A stretch of DNA of 64,000 nt, from contig OX337233.1 of the NCBI GenBank assembly GCA_946965045.2, positions 1,488,001 through 1,552,000 on the forward strand, in the 5' to 3' direction. This document shows, piece after piece, positions 22,282 through 31,929 of the stretch (positions are counted from its first letter, which is position 1; each line of letters begins with the position of its first letter). The notes beneath the pieces are model-generated. The model ran no database searches and was not told where the DNA came from. It saw only the letters and a program-made list of their open reading frames with translations. The DNA is from Epithemia pelagica (lineage: Eukaryota > Protista > Bacillariophyta). The translations under genes and the position numbers were made by a program.

Positions 22282-23376
22282 TCAAAACTCGGCGAGGTTT
22301 CGTTCTGAGAAAATAGAAACACTGATATCATCGGCTTGTTCTGTCTTTGTCTCATGTTGATGATAATCCATGACATTGTTGCCAATTCGTTCGTGGGAGT
22401 TCTGAGACGACTCCTCTCCGCCAATCTTGTCATAGCCTTGATCAGACAAGGATGATACGTCTGACGTATCGGTATCATCCAGCTCTGGCTCCCCTTGGTC
22501 CATGTTGTGCAGCAACATTTTATCAATGGACGCCAAGTAATTTTCATAGGAAGCACCAACATCGCGAGCGCCATAGCCGTGATGTCGTTTTCGTTTGCTA
22601 TTTCCACGATGATTCCCTATTTGGGGTTTCTTGTGCTCATTGTCCAATGTTTCTGGGTATTCGTAAGAGGGGGTATTTAAGCTTCCGAAAGTACCCTCGT
22701 CACGAAACGCTGAAGATTCTTTCGACTCCTTTTCATCTGCCTGAAGCTCTGTAACGAATTCATCGCTTATCTCACGAAAAAATTCTTCTGCTTCAAGATC
22801 AAATTCAAGAATATCTTGGTTTTCTGCCTGATCTTCGACCGAAGTGCAACATCCTCCTGTCATGATGTAGGTCGCCATTTGCGACCAGTACGATTGGTCG
22901 TTCCGCTCCGTTTCATCCCCCACAACCAACTTTGTCCTAGGCTCTGTCTGTGGGTCCTCAGTGATGATTATCGGAACGCTTTCTTTGGATGGCGTTCGAG
23001 GAGATTTCGCAAGTATCGACTCGGCAAGTTTCTTTAGCACACCGTTCTTCATGCTTCGTTTAGAAGACGCATTGACGGACTCCATGTGCGCCAATCGTTC
23101 TTTGAGAGCAAAGCTTTCGGAGTTTCGTAGTGCTCTTTCATCAACTGACGCGTTTGCACGGTTTATTTTCATCCCCGTGTCATTTTGAGTTTTGTCCAAT
23201 TGAGGGGATCTATCAGATAGCTGCTTGGACCGAAAACGCATTAAACCAAAGCCCCCTGCACCTTTTCGGGGCCTTCTGGCTTTTAATGACTCGATCACAT
23301 GTCTTATATCATCGTCATCGATCTGGTCCGAGTAGTCCACGTCCTGAACATTGTGTTTGGGGTCAAGCCTGGACAT
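22282..23376 (-). CDS. Hypothetical acidic, low-complexity protein (364 aa)
   Basis: Long ATG-initiated ORF with no recognisable domain. Confidence 0.6.
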   Translation of the reverse strand: MSRLDPKHNVQDVDYSDQIDDDDIRHVIESLKARRPRKGAGGFGLMRFRSKQLSDRSPQLDKTQNDTGMKINRANASVDERALRNSESFALKERLAHMESVNASSKRSMKNGVLKKLAESILAKSPRTPSKESVPIIITEDPQTEPRTKLVVGDETERNDQSYWSQMATYIMTGGCCTSVEDQAENQDILEFDLEAEEFFREISDEFVTELQADEKESKESSAFRDEGTFGSLNTPSYEYPETLDNEHKKPQIGNHRGNSKRKRHHGYGARDVGASYENYLASIDKMLLHNMDQGEPELDDTDTSDVSSLSDQGYDKIGGEESSQNSHERIGNNVMDYHQHETKTEQADDISVSIFSERNLAEF

Positions 23377-23870
23377 CCTGCTTGTTCATTTCTAGTGGCG
23401 ATGAAGATTGCTCACTTGTCGCAATGGAGGATCTTTCGTTGCTTGCTAAAGAACCCATTCAAGGTGCAAGGCGAGTGGACACTCATCCAACAGCATCCAA
23501 CAGCAAAGAGGAGAAGCCTCTGTGCACATTTTCCCGCCTTGTCCGATGTTTTGCTCGGCTGGCGCAGATGATTATGGACTGCTCGTTCCCTTGTTTTTGC
23601 CGTTCAAACGCGAGCCAGCCGAAGTATGCTTACCCATTATGTTGGTTTGATTCCGTTGCTTGCTTCTCACGTGGAGAGTAATCGTTTCTTGATATTATAT
23701 ACTCCTATTAGTTAGACTTTTGATTATCGAAAATCGACACATCTCTATTAGGAGTAGGAGTATGCTCTATCATCCTGAGACTATCTAACCACAACCAATT
23801 AGTTAATCGGTGCTGATTCTGCTACCGACCTATTTTCTCAGGTTCCAAACCATCAGGATCACAATCACTA

Positions 23871-25424
23871 TCAAGCATACCGCACAACTACACAGCTTAC
23901 ATCGTCCACTTTTCCTCCCAGCCCGTCTGCAAAGTCTGGATCACCATTCCTTTTCGCCTGCTTGGAATAAGGTGTAGCGGCTTTCCCGTTAAGCGATATC
24001 TTCCGTGATTGATCGGCAATCTTTTTCGCCAACAAACTTGGCTTCGCGTTGGGTCTATCTTGTGTTGTTGTTTTCACCAACTCAACGATATCGGAATCTG
24101 GAAAATTGTCAAATACACCATCCGAAGCCATGACAATAATGTCCCCCCGAACCAATTCAATGTTGAGTCTCGTCCCATCACGAGGTTTGTCGGGAGAATC
24201 CACCGACAACTGATAGGGACAGTCAAAGTAGTGAGAAATGTCACGAGTCCGGGCAGCCAATTTTCCGTTGCGGACGACAATGCAAGCAGAATCCCCAAGG
24301 TTTAAAGCACGGAGATAGCCATCCTCTGTGATTGAACCCACAATTGCAGTTGAGGCACCGGTTGAAGACGAATCGGCCTTGTTCTTTGCTTCCGTCAAGC
24401 ATCTTTGTAGCTCTTGTACGTTCATCCCTGAAATGTCGGCATTGTTTAATTTACAAGCCTTTCTCATTTCGGAAGCCAATGTCTTGCTATACAAGGGCAC
24501 ACCGTCAATCTTGCTGGCACTTGTTACCCCATCGAAAACACCGAAAGTCCTACCCGCGGTGAAAACTGCATCTTCACCTCCCCAAAGCATTTTCGCAGGG
24601 TGAGGCAAGACGCAAGAGGCCGCCTCAATCTTCATAGGAGTCACGACCTCTTCCGCTGGTACAATTTCAACAGGGGCTGGTTCTTTAACCGATGCAGTCT
24701 TCTGCTCTGTGCCAGCCATGATCCTTTCAAACAAGCCAGGCTTTCTAGTCGTTTCTTCCGTCTTCGACGTCTCCGTAGGTTCAGCAGAAACTCCTCCAGT
24801 TGTCACAAGACGTTCGAAAAGACCTGGTTTCTTTTCTTCTTCCTCATCGACCGCAATTTGATCATCAACCACGGCTGTTCCGCTTCGTCCCTGGGAAGTA
24901 GATCGTCCGTTGGCATCCGATCCCTGGAACACTGAATCAAACCAACCTTGTTCAGGCTCAGGTTCTTCTTCAAACAGGAAGTCAAACCAACCCCCATCAC
25001 TTCCTTCCTTTTGTTTCTCTTGTTTCTTTTTCCCCTCATCCTTGGATCTGGGCGATCCAACTTCAGGGAATTCATTTCGCGCTTGTGAGTCTTGCAGACT
25101 CTTGATATACTCGGATCGTTTGCTCTCTGCTTGCCTCCTCATTTGGCGTGGTAGTACAACGATAGGAAATGTCTCAGTCGGCGGCTCCCACAATGATTCT
25201 CCCGTTCTTTGGTGAAAGTAGTATATCAACCCAGTTGTTTCTTCATCTAGATAAGCCGACCAGTCTCCTTCTGTTGCCAGAGGTTCGGGCAATGCCTTCA
25301 AGGCCGACAGAAAATTGGTGCCACGCGATGACGGCCGAGACAAGAACGCTTGGAAGGCAGTTCCGTAGGAGACCAAGCCCAACGTGATGATAGCCGCAAA
25401 AAATAAGCTTAACCTCATTGTCAA
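23871..25424 (-). CDS. PP2C phosphatase (PTC7/PBCP-like) with WW domain and bipartite plastid-type presequence
   Basis: Signal peptide then A-F cleavage motif (YGTA-FQAF). WW domain DWSAYLD...IYYFHQRTGESLWEPP. PP2C motifs GGEDA, GVFDGV, NLGDS, ASDGVFDN and GGKVDDVS. Confidence 0.85.
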   Translation of the reverse strand: MTMRLSLFFAAIITLGLVSYGTAFQAFLSRPSSRGTNFLSALKALPEPLATEGDWSAYLDEETTGLIYYFHQRTGESLWEPPTETFPIVVLPRQMRRQAESKRSEYIKSLQDSQARNEFPEVGSPRSKDEGKKKQEKQKEGSDGGWFDFLFEEEPEPEQGWFDSVFQGSDANGRSTSQGRSGTAVVDDQIAVDEEEEKKPGLFERLVTTGGVSAEPTETSKTEETTRKPGLFERIMAGTEQKTASVKEPAPVEIVPAEEVVTPMKIEAASCVLPHPAKMLWGGEDAVFTAGRTFGVFDGVTSASKIDGVPLYSKTLASEMRKACKLNNADISGMNVQELQRCLTEAKNKADSSSTGASTAIVGSITEDGYLRALNLGDSACIVVRNGKLAARTRDISHYFDCPYQLSVDSPDKPRDGTRLNIELVRGDIIVMASDGVFDNFPDSDIVELVKTTTQDRPNAKPSLLAKKIADQSRKISLNGKAATPYSKQAKRNGDPDFADGLGGKVDDVSCVVVRYA

Positions 25425-25931
25425 AAGAGAACCTAGTCAAATGCCTTAGTAGTAGGTTTCGTCGGACCAAGGGCGCGGTGTTGAAAATGTGTTTCAAGTT
25501 GAAATGGTAGAACAGCGTGACAGGCAGGGTGAGGGTGACTTGTTCTTTTTTCTTTTTGTTGGCACGTTGCCGTTGGCACTTCGAGATTTTAAATTTCCAA
25601 TTGCCTAATGCATGCAACCGCCAGGTTGTGAATCAGTACTTCTTGAAACGACCCTTACGCGACTAAAAATGACTGAGGTGGCCAATCGTTTTGAGCCAAC
25701 CATAAGGTGAAGTATAGGTTTTGTTTCGACTATACAAGCGAATTGTAGCGTTTTCTACTTCTAGAGTAAAGCTCAAATGAAATCCCTAGCGCTAAACGAT
25801 CTCCGAAACTCTGACCCGGATATTCCTGAATTCCGTGGCTTCTCGTCTTCGTTGCAGACAACTTGTCAACCCAAGCAAAAAAAATAAAGCGCATCATGAG
25901 GCAACCGAGATCGAGGGCTTCCCATAGAAGG

Positions 25932-27221
25932 ATGCATTACCTCGAGTGGACATGCATCGTCTCTTCCGTTCTATGCTCAAAAGGTGCCCTGAGTTTCGTG
26001 TTCCCGTCATTGACAAATGGGCGCAAAGTGCGGATCGCATCTAACCGGCCAGCACGGTTGTTTGACATCACACAGCCTTCTGGCCGAAGAAAACGGCTTT
26101 TGGCGCCGTTTAGCCGTCCATCTCGAGACCCTTCGCTATGTTATGTTTCGAGGACAGCTGAAATGAATGATGAGCTATCTCACGTTGAAGTAAGCTGGGA
26201 GCAAGTCGTCCTTCCCAGCGAACTTGAGGTGGAGTGCCTGACGGACGAAAGCGAACCCTGTCTTATACAGGGGCAAGACCCTGGTGAAAAGTTTTCCGAA
26301 CGAATTATCTTAGGAAGTGCAGCTCTGGCCATGTCGACTTTGCTAGTTTTTATGGTTCTCGGCTCTGGAGACTGGAGGTATTATTTGGCGGGTGGTATAT
26401 GTGCTGCAGCATCACATATCGTCCCAGTCCCTGTCGATGTAGTGAAAACACGAAAGCAAGTTGATAGCAACCTTGCTGATTCTGGTTTGGTCCAAGCTAC
26501 TCGACATATAGTCCGGAATGAGGGTTGGCGTTCGTTGTTTGTGGGCGCGGCTCCGACGTTCTGGGGATACTTTCTGGAAGGGTCAATCAAATTTGGTGTG
26601 TACGAGTTTTTGAAACCTTGGATCAAGACCATTATACCGATGCAATATGTGGCCTTCATTGTTTCAGCCACAGTCTCAGGACTTGCGGCTTCTATTGTTT
26701 TATCTCCCATGGAAGCTCTCAGAATTCGGTTGGTAGCTGAACCACAATATGCCAAGCTGGGATGGGTCCGCGGCGGGATTTCGATGATTGAACAAGAAGG
26801 AGCTTCTGGCTTTGCGAAAGGCTTAATACCCATGATGTGCAAGCAAGTTCCGTATACAATCACCAAGAATGTATCTTTTGATCTTTTTACGAAACTGGCG
26901 TACGGTCTTCTGAAATCATCGTCTGCATCGAGTACGACCAAGTTTCTCATTCCCTTGGTATCGGCGGCTCTTTCAAGTGTACTTTCTTGTGTGAGCAGCC
27001 AACCAGGTGATATGTTGTTGAGTTTGGTAAATGCTCATGGAGGGTCAAGACGGACAGGCGAAATTGCACGTGATATCATGCGTTCAGATCGTGGCATTAG
27101 AGGTTTCTTTGTGGGTATGAAAACAAGATTCATACATGTTGGAATAATTGTGACGATGCAGCTCTTGATCTATGACTTTGCAAAGAGAATGTGTGGAATA
27201 GCAGCAACTGGATCAGTTTGA
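25932..27221 (+). CDS. Mitochondrial-carrier-family protein, phosphate-carrier-like, with N-terminal presequence
   Basis: PVDVVKTR, GYFLEGSIKFGVYE, PMEALRIR, KQVPYTITK and SQPGDMLL match PiC/Mir1-type carriers. About 140-aa extension starting MHYLEWTCIVSSVLCSKGALS-FVF. Confidence 0.85.
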   Translation: MHYLEWTCIVSSVLCSKGALSFVFPSLTNGRKVRIASNRPARLFDITQPSGRRKRLLAPFSRPSRDPSLCYVSRTAEMNDELSHVEVSWEQVVLPSELEVECLTDESEPCLIQGQDPGEKFSERIILGSAALAMSTLLVFMVLGSGDWRYYLAGGICAAASHIVPVPVDVVKTRKQVDSNLADSGLVQATRHIVRNEGWRSLFVGAAPTFWGYFLEGSIKFGVYEFLKPWIKTIIPMQYVAFIVSATVSGLAASIVLSPMEALRIRLVAEPQYAKLGWVRGGISMIEQEGASGFAKGLIPMMCKQVPYTITKNVSFDLFTKLAYGLLKSSSASSTTKFLIPLVSAALSSVLSCVSSQPGDMLLSLVNAHGGSRRTGEIARDIMRSDRGIRGFFVGMKTRFIHVGIIVTMQLLIYDFAKRMCGIAATGSV

Positions 27222-27428
27222 TGGTAGTTGAGCTTTATTTCGTTCATCGAAATGAGTTTCGTATTGGTGACAATCTCCCAAATATAAGAGAGGTGTTGGC
27301 AATTGGCAACGAGACCAGGGTGTTGAAGTTCGACTTTACTGTTTTAAGTAAAAATTTAATTCTCATCTGATTTTCCTTAACTTCAACACCCTGAACGAGA
27401 ACGAGACACAACACTGAAAAGTTGGCGC
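27150..27428. repeat. Direct repeat, copy 1: last 72 bp of the carrier CDS plus 3' flank (copy 2 at 42939-43123)
   Basis: First 66 bp identical, then a few substitutions and indels. Homology resumes after the MITE (AACAC/ATG.AAAGTTGGCGC). Confidence 0.9.
27316..27393. mobile_element. 78-bp hAT-like MITE
   Basis: Perfect 15-bp TIRs (CAGGGTGTTGAAGTT / AACTTCAACACCCTG). AACGAGAC precedes it and AACGAG-AACGAGAC follows it. Absent from the paralogous copy near 43100. Confidence 0.8.
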
Positions 27429-27465
27429 AAGACATTGTGCGGCTGAGGCCGTCGAGTGAATAGGG

Positions 27466-28190
27466 CTAGGAGCATTCGGGGCAATATGTGCCGGCGTCTG
27501 GATCCAAACAGTCCACACAAAAGGTGTGCTGGCAAGTGTGAATAATGATGGCCATGTCCTCGCTCAAAAGCTCCTCGCAGCTGAGACACTTAAGACCGTC
27601 CGCAACGTCGGGCTGACTCTCTAGTGAGCCTGAATCGGCGTTGTCGTCTGATTCCGAAACGAAGGACTCTTCCAGCTGGTCCTGCTCTTCTTCAACACGG
27701 GCGCTGTTCAAGTCACCGATCAGTTTCTCCAATAAAGCGATACCTTCCAATGACGTCAAGTCATCAATTTCCGCCATTTCTTCGGCCATCGCGGCTACAA
27801 TCATTCGGCGACGGTAAGGGACGAGACGGAGATCACACGCTTTTGTGATTTGACAGCTATAACCTGTTTTCCGTTGGCGATCTAGTCCTTCAAACCATCC
27901 AGGTAGATCATCAGAGTCTTCGTTGTGAATCAACCACGAGATTCCCTGGACTTGATGTTCGTAGAACGTCGCATCCAACTCTTTTGGCATGGCGATCTTT
28001 GGGAGTCACGCCAATTTCTTGGCCGATACATCTGCAAAGTGAGCGTTTAGCTCTTGGCAGCGTAGTAGTTCCCGCTTGTTCTCTTTTCACACCGATTCGA
28101 AGCCATCGTCGATTTTCTTTTCTTCAATCTTCAGCGCCGCGATTCGAAGCCATCGTCGATTTTCTTTTCTTCAATTTTCAGCGCCGCCAC
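27466..28190 (-). pseudogene. Fragment of a SNF2/RAD5-like helicase-RING gene
   Basis: MPKELDATFYEHQVQGISWLIH resembles the start of an SNF2 N-terminal domain and is joined, without the helicase core, to RING CLSC...HTCQHTFCVDC...CPEC. In-frame TGA stops at 28089-28087 and 28008-28006, plus a frame-breaking 47-bp duplication. Confidence 0.6.
28094..28187. repeat. 47-bp tandem duplication
   Basis: GATTCGAAGCCATCGTCGATTTTCTTTTCTTCAAT(C/T)TTCAGCGCCGC twice, one mismatch. Confidence 0.9.
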
Positions 28191-28376
28191 GGCGGCGATG
28201 GCAGCATCCATGACGACCAGGATTTATGATGACCATCATTCGGATCTGAATTTTTGGGTTCATGCAAACATGAGTGGGATGGGTAACGGCTGGGAATGTT
28301 GCGATTTGGCGTTTTCCTGTGAAAATGACCGCGTCCACATCCCTTCCGACGTACCCCCCAGCGGGGGTGGCTTTAA

Positions 28377-28490
28377 GGGTGTAATTTCGCACCTCTCATG
28401 TGAAAATTCACATCTCATGTGAATTCACATCTTCTTCACATCCTCTTCACATCATCTTCACATCCTCTTCACATCGTCTAACATCATGTT
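28377..28490. repeat. Left subterminal array of the Harbinger-like element (ATGTGA..TCACAT palindromes plus 11-bp CACATCNTCTT units)
   Basis: Two palindromes followed by about five CACATC(T/C/A/G)TCTT units. Confidence 0.85.
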
Positions 28491-29006
28491 CGAATGACCT
28501 TCTTGTCTTATAGATCGTGGAACAAGAAGCATAATCAATTGATGTTACTTCGTTTAGGCACTAGTGTAGGTTTTCATCATCCCATCGTCTTGTCGTCTTC
28601 TTATCCTCTCGTCTTGTCGCCTTGTCGTCCTCTGCTCGTCTTGGCAGGCTCCTGGTGGTCAAACTTCTTGTGGGAGTAATGGGATCTTGCACGCTGCGAT
28701 GGCTCCTTCGTTTTACAATGGACGCTATCGATGGAGATGACACACATGGGGATCGGTTCTTCTTCTTGGTTCACCATTTGATTGTTTGTGTGGTGGTCGA
28801 TGAACAAAAGTAGAGGTGCGGCACTCGTTTCCGTGTGCACGCGCGTTTGGCAACAAACGAAAAAACGCGATACAAGCCACGATTCTCAATCTTGCTACAA
28901 TAGACAAAGGAAATACAAAGATATAAACGATTCTCGTTATTCGTCGTATACGCACACTACTTTAGGCAGGTTGGAATAATAGCATCAACCGCAACAGAAA
29001 TGGACC

Positions 29007-29441
29007 TCAGTTGTCGAGGGGGTCTTCAACGTGCCTCCAGCGGGCTTTGTGGGGTTTCTTGGTTTGCTGCTTTCGAATGGCTTCAGTCAGCATGTCTTCG
29101 AACCTTTTTGCCATTGGCTTGGCATCGTGGATGTTGCATTTGGCCAGCTCAATGCACAGAACATGCATCTGGCTGGCAATGTCCGGATGCTGGTCCAAAA
29201 CTGCCGTCTCATAGGTGAAATCGTCATCTTCTTTCCACTCGCTGATGCTGTCCTTGTTGACCTGGGTGCGAATCAGCATAGCCTCTGGCTGACTGACCAA
29301 CACCCACACCTTGACTTCAGTTTTCTTCCCTTCAACGTTGCACCATCCATGCCCACCCTTGTACGTTCCTTTCAGGAACCGAATACGCTCTCCTTTTCGG
29401 TCCTCCCATGCCTGGGTCAGTGCAAAAGGCTTCGGCGCCAT
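29007..29441 (-). CDS. Transposon-borne small protein with KOW-like motif (144 aa)
   Basis: ATG ORF divergent from the transposase. KGERIRFLKGTYKGGHG resembles a KOW motif. Confidence 0.55.
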   Translation of the reverse strand: MAPKPFALTQAWEDRKGERIRFLKGTYKGGHGWCNVEGKKTEVKVWVLVSQPEAMLIRTQVNKDSISEWKEDDDFTYETAVLDQHPDIASQMHVLCIELAKCNIHDAKPMAKRFEDMLTEAIRKQQTKKPHKARWRHVEDPLDN

Positions 29442-29734
29442 CGTTCGTTTGGTTGCTGGTTGTTGTTGCTGGCTTGTTGTTGTTGCTAGCTGGTTGCTGC
29501 TGGCGGTCTGGTTGCTGCTGCTGTTGTTGTATTGGATGTCGTTCTCGCGTCAATTTGTTTGGTTGCTGCGTACCCCCACGCATTTGACATCTGCTCAATA
29601 ATATGAGAACACGAGAATTTTTTGGCAAGAGTAGGATTTCTGTGGGGGAGTGCGCCATCGGAAAACCCTCACAAAACACAGAAGAGAAAGCATTCTCGTT
29701 ATCAAGCAAAGCAGAGCGCAACCAGTCAGGTACG

Positions 29735-30667
29735 ATGATCATCTTAACACCTAATGAGATTGCCCGTGAAGGCCTAGAGCTCTGTAGTGTTGTGCATGGC
29801 ATCGAGTGTAGCTTAGCACAGATCTACAAGGATTTTCGATCTCTCTATGGGTCTGACCCACTCACCGTGGCTAACATATGGTATGATATGAATACCACTG
29901 CTATTTCTGAAGCTTCTCTTTCTGAGAAAGAGAAGCTTCATGGACTAAAGATGTTTATGCTTGCGATGTACTTTTTGTGGAACTATCCACGGAACACAAC
30001 AACCCTGGCACGTACATTCAAGGTGAATGAGAAGTATGCCTCGGGGAGAACACTATGGAAGTGGATCGCTTGGATCCAGGCTCTAAAAGGTACGAAAATT
30101 GTTTGGGAGAAGAACCGTGCTCTCGATCGTTATGACAGGCCGCTCCCGAAATTTGCGATATCTGTTGACGGGGTTGATTGTAAAATCAATGAGCCAAAGC
30201 ATCCGACGAAGCCTGTCGATCGCAAGTACTACTCACACAAGTTCAACCACGGAGCGTTGAAGTATGAGCTTGCAATCGACATCTTCAAGCCCAAACTGGT
30301 GTGGATAAACGGCCCGTTTCAAGCGTCAAAACACAACATTACTGTGTTTCGAGACCACGGACTCTTGGAGAAAATGAAAACCGACCATCCGGGAAGATTT
30401 GTGGTGGCTGATCGAGGATACCAGACGAGTCGTCCGGACGAGATTGGAATTATGAGCACCCCAAATGACATGGACCCCAAGTTGCTGAAGAACTTCAAGA
30501 CTCGTGTTCGCCAGAGGCATGAGAGCTTCAACGGACGAATCAAGTTCTTCAAATGCCTCAGTGAGACGTTCCGCCATACCCAGGAGAAACACAAAATCGC
30601 TTTCGAAGCGGTTTGCGTCATTGTCCAGTATCAGATGGACAATGGAGCACCAATCTTTGACGCTTAG
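29735..30667 (+). CDS. Harbinger/ISL2EU-type DDE transposase (DDE_Tnp_4)
   Basis: ISVDGVDC, YYSHKFNHGALKYE, WINGPF, VADRGY, RQRHESFNGRIKFF. D, D and E are all present. First ATG at 29735. Confidence 0.85.
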   Translation: MIILTPNEIAREGLELCSVVHGIECSLAQIYKDFRSLYGSDPLTVANIWYDMNTTAISEASLSEKEKLHGLKMFMLAMYFLWNYPRNTTTLARTFKVNEKYASGRTLWKWIAWIQALKGTKIVWEKNRALDRYDRPLPKFAISVDGVDCKINEPKHPTKPVDRKYYSHKFNHGALKYELAIDIFKPKLVWINGPFQASKHNITVFRDHGLLEKMKTDHPGRFVVADRGYQTSRPDEIGIMSTPNDMDPKLLKNFKTRVRQRHESFNGRIKFFKCLSETFRHTQEKHKIAFEAVCVIVQYQMDNGAPIFDA

Positions 30668-31329
30668 ACGTATTGGAAGTTTGACCACTGCATAATAATT
30701 GATAATTGATATAAGTACTAATTCACCATTATTGCCTACCACGCTATAGGTCTGTTGCTTTGTGCTGTTGTCTTTTCAAAAGTGGCTGAGACCTCACTAC
30801 AATTGGCTCTCGATCTCATACTAGTCTCAGCTCACACATGCAGTCTCATGAATCTAGTTGTGAACCGTGGAGTCTTCCCCTCCACTAGTAGGGGCAATGG
30901 GAGTAGGGGCAGCGGGAGTGTGAGCACGACGACGAGAAGCCAGACGGTTTGCAATATCCACGTCACGCCGAGAAGTGCTGGATTTGAGGCCAACGCGACG
31001 GCCCCCAGATTTGGCAATTGTCCAATAGGCATACCAGGTCAGTGAATCGTACGTCTCCCCTTGGAGGTGAAACGTGTGAGGGATGGCGGTGACTTCGGTA
31101 GGGACATAAGTCTCGTCGTTCGCAAGCGTGAAGTTGTCTAAATAAATCTCCTCGCTGAACTTCAAGAGGTAGTTCATCAACTCGCGACTTTTTCCTGCGG
31201 CCTTGATGTCACTTCTCAGACCATTGATGGTTTCCAGTGTGACCGTCTGCGCACTGGCTTCCATGTCAATCACATAATCTTCGGCATTGTTACGGGCATG
31301 ATGGTCCTGGGATGGTCCAGTAAGTAAGA

Positions 31330-31929
31330 TGACAAGCTGGAAGGAAGGGAGGTTAGATAGGGTGTAACAAAACACACACGATGGAGACGGTATAGTTACG
31401 ATAGAATAGAGGGTTTCGAATAGTTGATGATAAAATATTGTGATTACATGAAGTGATTATCTAGATTGGATCCTTTCGATCCCAGGTTCCCATTAAGGTG
31501 ATCCTGGATCTTGGATCGAGGTGTAAAAGGCTTCTAGACGGAAAAGATCGCCGTCTAGGGTCATCGGCACAGGCCTATCTCACCTAGAGGTGCATATATA
31601 AGTTAGATGTAATAGTTCGCCGTAGACTGTCCGTTGCGGCTCTTTACGCGCGGTTGATAAGCCTCAATCCGCGATTAGCGCGATACGGTTAAGTCCAGCG
31701 GATCTTGGAGAATATAAATAACATAGCCTATGAGACATAGGACTAGTTCGATCGTGGAGTATACATAAGTTAGGAGTGAATAGATCTTCGTGACTCAATC
31801 GTGCCTAATCTAGATTCGTACAGGAATCTAGGCTATATGCGATTGATCTGCCGCGTACTTTCCGCGACTCTTCATGACTATAGAACTACCTATTGGGGAA
31901 TATAGCCAATATAGGTGTTCTAGGTATTA
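31330..31929 (-). repeat. 3' LTR (600 bp)
   Basis: About 4 substitutions against 37598-38197 by eye. Sense-strand termini TA...CA. Confidence 0.95.
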
